A stretch of DNA of 63,442 nt, the filler included, from Babesia bigemina (taxonomy: Eukaryota): the NCBI RefSeq assembly GCF_000981445.1. It is 6 parts of 6 records of this genome, joined end to end, with 100 filler letters (N's around TTAATTAATTAA, not from the genome) between each part and the next. Parts side by side here need not be neighbours in the genome. Positions count along the whole stretch, not along the records: positions 37,187 to 52,335 come from NW_012237315.1; positions 52,436 to 58,386 come from NW_012237316.1; 4 more parts are not named here. The stretch is one strand, 5' to 3'. The notes below the pieces were generated by a model. It had not been told where the DNA came from and did no database searches. It worked only from the letters and a program-made list of their open reading frames with translations. Both the position numbers and the translations under genes were made by a program. This document shows, one piece after another, positions 41,530-52,591 of the stretch; within the stretch, counting starts at the first letter, position 1, and each line of letters starts with the position of its first letter.

Positions 41530-43616
41530 AGTGTTGGTATCGCAACAGCGGTCACTTTATCACAACTCAGTAGCTGTATCACGGCAATGTAGCATCAACA
41601 CACGATAATGCTATCTTGTCTCTGCGTTATCCCTACTAAAGGTGCTTGCGTTTGAGGCAGTAGGGGCCTAAGGTTACGTGCCTATTGCCGATGTACCAAA
41701 TGGCGCCGTCATAGCCGTTCTTTTGCTCGCCACGTTCATGGGTGCATACATGCTTTGACACGATCAACGTATGTCAATGTGCTACAATCGGCTCAGCAGT
41801 AGTTCGGTCGGCATTGTTTTGTACCTTAACATTCTCACCCACACCCGGCCCACATAGCCTCTTGTAGCAACGTCGAAACCCATGCCATCACACTAGTGTT
41901 CACCGCTTTACGTGTTATATTAACGTGTATGCAATGGGTGTTTACGTTAATTTAAATTTCCATTTTATTTTTATCGCCCTGTGCACCCAGCCCGTCCACA
42001 CACATCATCTTGTCCTTGTAAACAGACAACGACAACAGGCCTATTGTATGTGTACGAGACCATCATTACCTCACCAATTTATATAGTGACTTAAGTCCGC
42101 TGATGGTGTGTTATGCACGTGCTACGTAACAGTCCTCATTACCGCGGTAGACAGCTTTCCCTGAAATGATACCGTTTCCAAGTCTCACAAACGACGGCGA
42201 GGACGTTGTTCACCTGGCAAGTAACACGGCTTTGAGACACTTAAATGATGGTTGTTGGACGTGTTTGGTTTTTCAAAAGCGTGCTGTGCCATGTCCAGAC
42301 AAAACAATCCTAATAGGGAGTGGAACACGCAATTAATCAGCTGGGGGCGCCATGCTAGTGGCATTAAACGAGCAAAGGAAAGCAGGGCTTAGGGGTCGTG
42401 TTTAACATATTTGGAGGGTAGAGGGACTTACAGGGATAGCGATGGAGAGTGGGCTGAAGGGCATAATGGACAAGGTGAACGAGGAGCAATATTGATGACA
42501 CTTGTTTTATGGTTAAATGGTATGATGTGAAGCCGCGTCTGTAATGGGTTGATTTCAGCGTTGAGGAGACATCGGATTGCGCTTCGGATGTTGTCTGCGG
42601 GTTCCACGTCGTGTTGTTACGATCTTATCTGGTGTCATCCGTCCTGTTTGGGCACGAGTAGCACTGACAGGGTCGTGCTATTCCCTGGGTTTCATGTCAC
42701 TAAACACGTGTGGTACCATCATAGGTCTTGTCTACAAGCTGAATGCTCTTCCGTGGAGCTACTCCACCGAATCCTCATGCTTACTTATCTTGGACATGCC
42801 CGTCTGCCAAGTTTGCTTGGCTGGCGATCCGGGTATCGAGGCGATGCTTCTGCTTTTCCGACGATCTTGGATGAGTATATTATCTTCATTAGGCGGTCTT
42901 GTCACCTCTGTCTTCGCTTATGCTCTACATCGTTACCATGGTAATCTGCCCAAGCCTTACCACCCTTGTCTCATACAATTGTTTATCGTCCGCACTAATC
43001 TTCGGTCATACTGCGAGTTAGATTCCGTATACGCCATGTTAACATTGCGTCTTCATCTATCACATCGACAATCGCACTACTTGTGGAGGCGTAAGGGGGA
43101 GTAGCATTTCCGTTACCACGCCTGCCACTGATATGCGCTAGGCGATTATCTACATTCCGCCCAACTTATGCCTCCCTTAAAGTGTCGGGAAGACGCACTT
43201 TGTCAGATTAGTGGTCTGTGAAAGTAATGGGGTCGAGCAGTAATTTTATGAGATCTGGAGATGATTCGATGTGAATATTATCTCCAGGATTTCGTAAGTC
43301 GCAGCTATTCCTCTCTGCCTCTAAGCATCTGAATGTAGTTGAGAAGCTTCAGCCCAGACCTAAAGTGGATTGCAATTCTGGGTGTATAGGCGCTGAAGGC
43401 TGGGAATCGGTGAGCGAGGCGGATGCCGGGTTAGCCATTATATAGAAATACATCGTCATCCGACACAAGCGTAGCTAATGTAGTTGGAGGCATAATAAAA
43501 TTGTATGCCGAGGATCTGGCGCTAATCGCATTTTTGAAGGAGTCGGGGTCTGCAGCCTCGGATTGCATATGTAATTCCATAGGATCAACCACACGTTTGC
43601 CTTTCGCTTCGAAACG

Positions 43617-46600
43617 ATGGCGCCGAAGAAGCTGACGGATTGCCCAGAAAACCTCCGGGAATCAATTGACTGGCTCATACAGGTGAGGCATGGGAATGAC
43701 AATGGGCTTGAGCATTTGTCCAATGCTGTAAAAAAGTTGATTGATGAGGCTATTGAGAAGGCGTATACCACTAATTTCGATGCGCTCCTCAAGGCTCTTG
43801 ATTCTGCCAAGTCGTACAATTGTTGTAAGGACAAAGTGGCTGCAATTGAGAAGCTTAAAGACCTTAAAAATATTGAAAACAACCTTTTTAATGACTTTAA
43901 AACTAAGTGTGCTGATATTAGAAATTGCAATAAAAATCACCTTGACGATGCCCAGCAGAGAGCCTATGATGACGTTAAGTCCAAGTTGGAGCAGGTTAAA
44001 AAGCTCGGAGATAGTCTTAAAGGATTGATTGACCAAAACAGTTGTGAAACGCTTTTAACAAATCTTTGCGATGGTCTTCAGAATTTCCTAGGATTCGATC
44101 CATCTTGCAAGGGCTACACCGGCCAGGGCATTGTCTACTCCGACTTGGATAGGCTGTGTGACGCGGTGATGGGATTTTTGAAGGGGGTGTTGGAGGGGGT
44201 GAAAGATGATGATGCAGTGACAACTTATGATAAGTACATCAGTGAACCTAATAAAAGGCTTAACGAAGTTATTAAGTTGTTGGAAGAAAAAATACGCTCC
44301 GGGCGCGATGGGCTTGCGGCGTCTGTCGAGCAGGTGAAGAGGTGGTTGGAGGGGTATGGGAGGGAGGTGAACAGTAAGACTGGAAAAGTTACGGGGTTAA
44401 TTAGTGCAATAAAGAATCATGTAGCAACAATTTTAAAGAAAATTTCTGAACGCAATACTAGCACAAACAAATATGTGGATCTTGACACGGTTGATAGTTG
44501 TCTCCAGCAGTGCCTTGGCACATCTAAAAAATGCATTGCGGAGATTTTGGAAGGTGATAATTGCGCACTTATTGCCTTGGATACTGAGCTACGCAAGAAG
44601 CTTCGAGAGTCATTAATGAAAATTAAGCATGAAGTTCAACGCTTTGGAAAATCGTGGGATAGAGACTTTTTGCAGTTGGATAGCATGAATACTACGATTG
44701 AAAAGCAGATGGCAGATTTAAAAACAGAAGTGAATAAGGATGTGGAAAAAAAATTTTTAGAGCTTCAGGACCAGTTGACGAGTGAGTTTACGACCAACAT
44801 TCAGAAGCCAATTACACAAGTTAATAATGATTTGCAAAATGTTTTTAATGACTTAGGAAAATGGATTGATCGTGCTAAGCAGATTGCGGAGTACGGGATT
44901 GCGCAAGCCGAAGCTATATTGAAGGAGGTTGATGACAACCCGTCGATAGGTAAAAAGAGAAACGAGGTTAAAAATGCTGCAGATGCTTTGAAAAACAAAG
45001 CAGATACACTATACGTTGCGGCAAGCAAAGCGAAGACGCATGCCAAGTTATTGCTAGCTACGGTACCTGGTTATATTGAAGCCGCAGTACGCGTGGCTCT
45101 ATTGAAGGATTTAGGCCAGTTGAAAAATGATTGTAAGGAGTGCATCAAAACGTATTTTAATGAATTGGTGAAGGCTAAGTTTGGTGAAGCGGCTAGACGT
45201 GGGGTCGGTACAGTGGAGAACCTCCAAAGTCCTGAGTTACAGGAATGGCTGAAAATTGTGAAAAACGAAAGTGACGAGGGCACTTTGGTGACATCTCTAA
45301 GTAATACTAGAGGTGGCTTCGTGGACGTACTGAATGCTTTAGAAGGTCTAAAAAACGTGTTTCTAACAAAATCAAAAGAATCCTTCTTCGGCTCGATGTC
45401 ACTCGATGCCCAAGACAAGATTGAGAAGATGTATGGGCCTCTTAACACTCAGCCACATACATCAGGCAACCCACTTATCAAGCAATTTGACGCAGCAAAA
45501 GAAAGTGCCATCAACGAAAATATTGCACAAGTAAAAAAAACAGTGGTCGATGAAGATTTGGCAATTGTAAATGGCAGTAACAAAGAAACACAAATTGATC
45601 AACATACCTTCCAAAACTTGCTTGAAAAGGTTGAAGCAAATCTATTCACTCTCATGTCCACAATCCAAGGATTTGCTGGGAGCGCCGGAGTGGGCGGTGT
45701 CGACCCAAAAGGTGTTAGAAATTATTTCGAGGAGTTGGATAAGATGCTTACCAAGAATGGGCCTAATGATGATAGCGATAGCAATACAAAATCTCTTGAT
45801 GGTATTAAAAAACGTATTGACGACATTCTTAAAACGACTGCGGAAGGCAACTTGAAAAACATATTAGATAATGCCGCGGCATTCCTCCGGACCATCGAGC
45901 AACAGTCTAAACAAACAATACGAGACATTCAGAATAAACTCGCTGCCCAGGTCAAAGAAAAAATCAAGAACATCACCGATCAGGCGGAAGCGCAGTACGT
46001 AGACTCCCGGATCCACGAAATGAGCATATTTAACAATGTGGTTCAGAAGCAACATGCGCTAGTAGAGGCAGCTGTAAAGGCTGACAAGGCAACAGGAATT
46101 AAAGGTTTGATGAAGGCTATGTACGGCGGGAAGCATCCACGTGCTCAGACACGTGATACAACATTGCTTGAGCAGCTCAAAGCAGCGACAAATTTGCAAA
46201 GTGCAGGCACGTTGTCGATACCATCAAAGAAGTATTTGGATGAAATTGTTGTTTACGTGTGGAGTGAAATCAATAGAACTCTCGAGTCTCCGGATTCACG
46301 CAACCACGCATATATTGGGGGCATCAATAAGATTAAAGACGCGCTTGACTTCTTACTCAAGTTCATTGGCAACGCTGAGAACAAATACAATTTTGATAAT
46401 GAATTTCTGAGGTTGCTTGATGCACTCACGACATCACTTACCTCGTTCAATCCTTCGATGTTCGGTGCCACATCCTGTCCCCCGCTCGACGCCCTGAAGA
46501 AGGGGCTGCTGTCATTTACTAAACAACTATCTAAAGCGTATGTCAACACGTACTCCGGCGGCAAATGGAAAGAGAATTATAAACACAACTATGCAAGAAT

Positions 46601-48557
46601 ATGTTTCAGCATATTTCCTCTTATGTTGAGCGATTTAAGTGAGCTTAAGCGAGAGATTAGTGACCCTAAAGGCAAATGGAAAAAATATGTAATATACAAC
46701 CCTAATGAAGCTGAGAGTCTCAATGCTGTATTCTTCTCGAAACGTGGTTACGATGCGGGTCGCCACCCTGCAAGTCTACATGGCGAGTTGAATCACAAGG
46801 AGGGATTCAATGCTGAGGAAATTGTTGGCTTATTAAAGTCGGAACATCAAACCAAATATGATATTCTTGCGTCTCTTCTACAGCAATGCACTCATATATC
46901 CACATATCACAAGGTTCGCCACCTTAGGGTAATTAAAAATGCCACCCATCCCTGTAGCATCTTCGACATGCTTTGTTGGTTTGGCGGTTTGCAATATAAC
47001 TCCGTCTATGAGGCACTTATTAAACATTGTTATATGTTGCACAACAATGAAAAAGATGCACTGCTCAAAACAAAACTATGGGAAGTTTTGTCGATTCATT
47101 TACCTCGCTTATCCTGGTATTCGCAGACACTTCTAACTACGTTCGTCGGAACGGGAGATGCTAGCACATTCTATTGCTGCCAATATATTGGCAATTGTCT
47201 AGGGTTGTATTACCCTTCTACTGCCGCCGAGTGCTTCGACATGTTGCTGGACATTCTTCGCAGATTGTTCCCGGTCCTCCGATTCGTGCAATCGCAGTGC
47301 AGCATCCCCTCTAAGCTCTACGGATGGCGTGAGTGTAGATATGGCAAGGACATACCGACAACCAAATCGCAATATATAAGCCAGTCAACAGAGCGAGCAA
47401 CATGCCAACAAACATCGCCACTAATGAGGTATCTTAACGATTGTTTACCTGGTCACTTGCCGCATCACTTAACTAGTGTTGGATGTAAATCGGAATGCGA
47501 AACATGTCTTAAGGGCGCGCCTGGTATGCCCTGCCTTACTCCTCTAGGGTTTAGGGCGTTCTCTGGATCTACCAAGACGGGTAAGGACCTGTGTTCAACA
47601 CTTGACAAAATATGCGGTAACAATGGGATGCTCGTTGCACTATATTCCTCTCTAACATGCTATGCTGCCCGTCCACCTGTCGCGTTTCCGGACATCTTTT
47701 CCTTTTACTGTCAGGTTACGCAGCAGTGGACGTGGATGGCAAATGAGGAGGCTGCTCTCAACACGACCAACATACAAAAAGCCATTAGCGATAAAATAAT
47801 AGCAACCGTGGCGTGCGACTACAATGCTGCCAAGCATTTGCTAAGGCCCTGTAGAGAATTAAATCGTTCGACGGCTCATGACAATCATAACATGAATGAT
47901 GACCTTGACCTGGAATATCTCATTGGTTGTAAAAATGACCAATGTGGAAATTATATCAACATGCTTAACCGTCCTGCATATTCCATGTTCGCGCCAAAAC
48001 ACGCCGACAAGTATCTGTCGTGGTTGTTATACTTATGTCCTCGTATTGTCGTATTCCTCAAACGCGTGAAAGAAGCTTACTCTGGTATTTCGTGTTACGA
48101 CACCGGATGCGGCGGATGCCTCAATTATGACTTCTGTAAGCGAGGCAAACACGGCTGCAAACCATGTGGATGTATGTCAATGGTGCAGTGTAAAGGTGTA
48201 GCATCGGTATTCTATCAATATGGTTTAACGTTCCGTGATGCGTCTGACAAAAGCAAGAAACAATGCTTTTATTTCCGTGAATCCGTCGATCGCATCTTAA
48301 AATCCAAATTGCTTGTAGACTTTCTAAGCGCAATAGATACATTTATGTTCACTATACGCGCACCATTCATATGGACAGTCGTTGCCCTATGGTCACTATC
48401 GCTCCTCTACCTTTTGTACGTCTCGATCGGACGCCTTGACACTCTACACATCCGCTCCCACCTTAGATCACTTTCAAGTCACAAGATAGCCGCGCAGTCG
48501 CTACTCGCCGCTGCACGTGTCGGCAAGCTCAGCAAGATATCGTACCTGCAAGCCTAA
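43617..48557 (+). CDS. ves1: Complete VESA1/ves1-like gene with native start MAPKKLTDCPENLRESIDWLIQVR (1646 aa)
   Basis: True ATG; all family motifs; divergent tail RLDTLHIRSHLRSLSSHKIAAQSLLAAARVGKLSKISYLQA; no flanking minisatellites. Confidence 0.92.
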   Translation: MAPKKLTDCPENLRESIDWLIQVRHGNDNGLEHLSNAVKKLIDEAIEKAYTTNFDALLKALDSAKSYNCCKDKVAAIEKLKDLKNIENNLFNDFKTKCADIRNCNKNHLDDAQQRAYDDVKSKLEQVKKLGDSLKGLIDQNSCETLLTNLCDGLQNFLGFDPSCKGYTGQGIVYSDLDRLCDAVMGFLKGVLEGVKDDDAVTTYDKYISEPNKRLNEVIKLLEEKIRSGRDGLAASVEQVKRWLEGYGREVNSKTGKVTGLISAIKNHVATILKKISERNTSTNKYVDLDTVDSCLQQCLGTSKKCIAEILEGDNCALIALDTELRKKLRESLMKIKHEVQRFGKSWDRDFLQLDSMNTTIEKQMADLKTEVNKDVEKKFLELQDQLTSEFTTNIQKPITQVNNDLQNVFNDLGKWIDRAKQIAEYGIAQAEAILKEVDDNPSIGKKRNEVKNAADALKNKADTLYVAASKAKTHAKLLLATVPGYIEAAVRVALLKDLGQLKNDCKECIKTYFNELVKAKFGEAARRGVGTVENLQSPELQEWLKIVKNESDEGTLVTSLSNTRGGFVDVLNALEGLKNVFLTKSKESFFGSMSLDAQDKIEKMYGPLNTQPHTSGNPLIKQFDAAKESAINENIAQVKKTVVDEDLAIVNGSNKETQIDQHTFQNLLEKVEANLFTLMSTIQGFAGSAGVGGVDPKGVRNYFEELDKMLTKNGPNDDSDSNTKSLDGIKKRIDDILKTTAEGNLKNILDNAAAFLRTIEQQSKQTIRDIQNKLAAQVKEKIKNITDQAEAQYVDSRIHEMSIFNNVVQKQHALVEAAVKADKATGIKGLMKAMYGGKHPRAQTRDTTLLEQLKAATNLQSAGTLSIPSKKYLDEIVVYVWSEINRTLESPDSRNHAYIGGINKIKDALDFLLKFIGNAENKYNFDNEFLRLLDALTTSLTSFNPSMFGATSCPPLDALKKGLLSFTKQLSKAYVNTYSGGKWKENYKHNYARICFSIFPLMLSDLSELKREISDPKGKWKKYVIYNPNEAESLNAVFFSKRGYDAGRHPASLHGELNHKEGFNAEEIVGLLKSEHQTKYDILASLLQQCTHISTYHKVRHLRVIKNATHPCSIFDMLCWFGGLQYNSVYEALIKHCYMLHNNEKDALLKTKLWEVLSIHLPRLSWYSQTLLTTFVGTGDASTFYCCQYIGNCLGLYYPSTAAECFDMLLDILRRLFPVLRFVQSQCSIPSKLYGWRECRYGKDIPTTKSQYISQSTERATCQQTSPLMRYLNDCLPGHLPHHLTSVGCKSECETCLKGAPGMPCLTPLGFRAFSGSTKTGKDLCSTLDKICGNNGMLVALYSSLTCYAARPPVAFPDIFSFYCQVTQQWTWMANEEAALNTTNIQKAISDKIIATVACDYNAAKHLLRPCRELNRSTAHDNHNMNDDLDLEYLIGCKNDQCGNYINMLNRPAYSMFAPKHADKYLSWLLYLCPRIVVFLKRVKEAYSGISCYDTGCGGCLNYDFCKRGKHGCKPCGCMSMVQCKGVASVFYQYGLTFRDASDKSKKQCFYFRESVDRILKSKLLVDFLSAIDTFMFTIRAPFIWTVVALWSLSLLYLLYVSIGRLDTLHIRSHLRSLSSHKIAAQSLLAAARVGKLSKISYLQA

Positions 48558-49757
48558 TCGCATCCGCGTGTGATTTTCACAGATGCCTTATACCGCAACC
48601 TGCTCACTAGTAATCACGTTAATGTTACACTTAACTACAAATATGCCACTGGCCAGTTCACTCAGCCACCTAACCAAAAACCCACCGCCTAACCTAATGT
48701 CTAGCGTAATACCTAATCAGCGGTTTGGTGGACAGAGTAGTTGGTGCATTACAGTCTTCGTCGCTTAATTTGTTTGCGTGATCCCATCCTGTCTGCGGGC
48801 TGAATCTGGGTGAGAGGACATCCGTGTAACCCATTAATGAGTGCCTCCAGCCAAGGCTCTTATTCACAGGTTAGATAGATGGCTATAATGTTTGTGAGAA
48901 TGTGGATTGTGTTGACATCGTAAAAAGCTATATCCTAGGTTACATGGCATTTTTCGACGTCATGTTCTAGGGATGACATATATGCCTGGCATCACAGGCG
49001 GCCTCGTGGCAATGAATAGCATCGCAATGCCGTGATGTATATCACCTGGGCGGGTAATATAGAACCTGCACCGTGGCCAATGGTGGCAAGTGGTTGGGCG
49101 ATGCGGCTCAGGGTGGGTGGAGTTGCGGCCGGGCAACCCTAATGCTAGTTGACCGAACACTCCGACTAAAATAATATTTTAATTCTTACTCAAAAAGCGT
49201 TTCTTCTGTGGTGCCGGGCGCGTGGTTGTCGTGATAATGACAATACGTTTCTTGCCTGCTGCCCGAAAAGTGACGGCACGCTGAGGGGCGGGTGCTTGGC
49301 GGGGTCGTGATGCCGGGTTGGGGGACTTGCCCTCGCTTCTACCCTAAATTTGGATATGCTTTACGTTATCATACGGTTGAATGTACTGTAACACTGTTTG
49401 GGATTTTGCTGTTCTGGATTACTGGGCTGGGTGCCTGACTGACTCCGGGTAGGTGGGAAGTTTGTCAGAATTCACTGCTCGTCCATGTCATTTTCAGGGG
49501 TGAGTAGACACGCAGATGTATTTGTTTACGGCGTTTATAGTGGTTGGTTTTAGTCTGACGATGGAGGAGCTAACCATGTCACTCGGCCCACATTGCGGTT
49601 CGGATACGCTGTCTACCTGAGTGCACGGCATGAGTTTCGTGGAAAGTCAATATAGCTGCTATCTCTTAGAGGGTACGATATGGACGCTTTAAGAGTTGGT
49701 TTGTAAGTGTGGCGTAGCGCGACTGGTTGAATTTTGTTAACTCCTGTAGAAGTAACG

Positions 49758-52335
49758 ATGGCGGCGCGAAAAGGCGGGATCATCCTCACTAGTCTCAACG
49801 ACTGTTTTAGGTTCCTGTATTGGTTGAACAAGGACGGAAAAGGGAAGGAGATGCACAGGGAATTAGCTGGGAGACTTCATGATCGTCTTGCAAAATATTA
49901 TAATAATCCTGATCAAAGTAAAATCGAATCGTCATTGTCTACCTTCCTCGGTCACGTAGATACATTTTATAAGAAATTGGTGAATGATCACATTCCTGAA
50001 GAGACACTTCAATCTGGAGCCTCGATGTCCCGTGATTCGGAAATAAGAGACGCAGATTTACTGGTCGATGCTTTGTTGGAATGCCTCCCCAAGTTCTTAG
50101 CTGCCATATACTTTTTGTGGTACAATGTATCTTACAGGTTCAAAAAAGTGGGCGGATCAAAGTGGGCGGATTTGTGTCCAGGGGCAATATCTGCTAGTTG
50201 GTTTTACAAGAGTTCTGGTGGCGATCTTGATCAGTATTTAATATCGAATAGACTTGACGACTACGGTGGCCTTATACCCGGAGGGTTCGGTTCATATGAG
50301 TTGAGGTATGGCTGGTATTACAGTGGCTATGAACAGGGTTATAAAATGTCCAGTGACCTTGCTAAGATTTTTGGAAAAGACGGTGGGCTGTTGTTTCGTG
50401 ACGTTTTCGCCACTTCCGTGTTGTACGAAACATATGGAATCGCTAAGCAGAACACTGCAAATGCTCTTGCATTGGTAAACAAGTTTTGCGAGATTGTGGG
50501 AAAAGAGGCAAAGAACAATAATGGCGGAACGTTGAAAGCAAAATTGGACGAAGAAATTATAAAAAAAAGAAAGTGTTCCATAAATTGGGAATCTTTAAAA
50601 CTTCATTGTGAACATCTTCAACAACAATTAGGCAAAATTTTCAACGAGGGAGCCTTTTCTTTCACGGGCTATGGAAGGGGTATTGAAGAGCTTAAAACGA
50701 CTGAATTTGCTCAGCAAACTGCGGAGTGGTTGAGAAATAATTTACATGAAGTGATGAGGAAATTGGATAACATCGAAGTTTTTAGGAGCAAATATGATAA
50801 TTTCGATATGTCCGCTTATAGCAAAAACAGCTATCTGCTCACGCAATATTACGACGACCTCGGACCGCATTTCACCAAAAATCTCTTTCCCTACGGTTTC
50901 ACATTTTATAGCACCACATTTGGAGCATCGGCCGCGCCGTATTATAATTTGAGACACGACTGGGAAAGTGTAATCAAGACGCTTAGTGGCAGCGATGAAA
51001 ATGGTGGGCTAAAAAAGCTTAAAACGATTTTGGATGGTGAGAAATGTACTCCAGCTCCGCCTCCAAAACCACGACCTAGGCCGGCGCCTGCGCCTAGGCC
51101 CCCGAGACCTGCCAGACCTGCGCCACCACCCAAGCCCACAACAGGTAACTCATCCGGAGCTCAAGGTTTCAGAGGAGCCGGAGGGAATCGAAATAGCGGA
51201 AATGGCGGCCAGATGGAGTCTGGTGCGAGACGGGTAAAAGGAAGTGGAGGGGCAGGGTATCGCAGGGGAAGTGGCGCCCAACGTAGCGCCACTCAAGTGA
51301 AATCAGTGGCTCAGAGTCGTACAGCTTCCAGGCTTTCCCATGTTCAAGCTTCATCAGCTCAAAAAGCTGCTCAACCTCAAAATGCTGATAACTCTTCCAG
51401 TCAACAAGTGGCGGGACCTCAACAGCTCGTAGAAATTAAAGCGCCTCCAGCGCCAAGTGTTTCAGTGAGTCGAAATCATGCTACATCGTCGACAACAACA
51501 GTTCAAGAGCCTGACATTCCATCTGTCAGTCCCCAAGAAAAACCAGGCCATATCGCCTCATCTCATACTCCCGCTACTCCTGGGCGCAGCGGCACCTCCG
51601 GTGATTCAAATGACCAGGCGCGTAGTTCAAATCCTTTTGTTCAACCAGGTGTGTCGGTGTCTTCTTCTGTATCGAACCCCCCGAATGGTCAAACCTTGCC
51701 GACCGATAGAGTTGTCTCGAGTGCCGCTGCTATACATCCCACAACTCATCGAGCTGCTTCGGATGGCGGTGATGGCATAGGAGGGAATGGTACGGCAGGG
51801 GAGATGGGTAGTACTGGGGGATCAGATTCTACAGGTAGTTCTACGTCCCTACCGCACCCTCCTCCCCCAGCACAGCTAGAACCCTTACCTGCTAGCCACG
51901 ATGTTACTGCAGTTCCTGAACTACCCAAGGAAGTGGTTCCGGAGAAGAAAGTTACCGTTATTAAAGCGCCAGAGCCTATTACGCCTAAAATAGCTGAAGG
52001 AACTAATAAACTTGAGGGTACACCCATCCACGGCGGCACACTTGGAGTAAATCCGATGCAGGACAATAATCAAAATACGGAAAAGTCTCCCAGCCCGGTA
52101 GTTGTAACCTCTGTTCAAGTTGTGTCTCCTGGTAGCGATCATCAGAACCCGCAAGGGTCTGAAGCTGATCAAAGCCCTCATGCAGTTGGTGGTAACGATT
52201 CTGTTGCATCTTCTGACTCATCAGTTCAAGATCCTGTTCTGACGCAACAGCATGTTACTCAATCGACGTATATGTCTCAATCCCCGAGCTCTCCCTCCAG
52301 TGCTGCACACCGAAGTACTGCGCAGGCTCACTTTT
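49758..52335 (+). CDS. Babesia multigene-family protein (paralogue of 37187-38255) with Pro-rich hinge and long Ser/Gly/Pro low-complexity region; 3' end truncated by gap
   Basis: ATG at 49758 (MAARKGGIILTSLNDCFRFL); conserved domain of about 430 aa, then PAPPPKPRPRPAPAPRPP and a disordered region. Confidence 0.8.
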
Positions 52336-52435
52336 NNNNNNNNNNNNNNNNNNNNNNNNNNNNNNNNNNNNNNNNNNNNTTAATTAATTAANNNNNNNNN
52401 NNNNNNNNNNNNNNNNNNNNNNNNNNNNNNNNNNN
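52336..52435. other. Artificial contig linker
   Basis: N44-TTAATTAATTAA-N44. Confidence 0.98.
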
Positions 52436-52591
52436 CGATAATAGTCGAATGCCGAAGTATGTGCGCTCAAACGTATACGATCAGCTCGGTTGTCAACCGG
52501 GTGCCAACACTTGCAGTCACCAGACAGCAGTAGATGCCACTATGGGTGTGCCATTGCTGACTGCATAAACGCTTGCAGTAACAAACGAACC

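Noticed and set aside
42300..43104. Possible decayed gene upstream of the intact ves1 (ESGLKGIMDKVN resembles the ves SG.KG motif; ORFs 42549-43104)
   Set aside because: The match is too short and is interrupted by stops; it cannot be supported.
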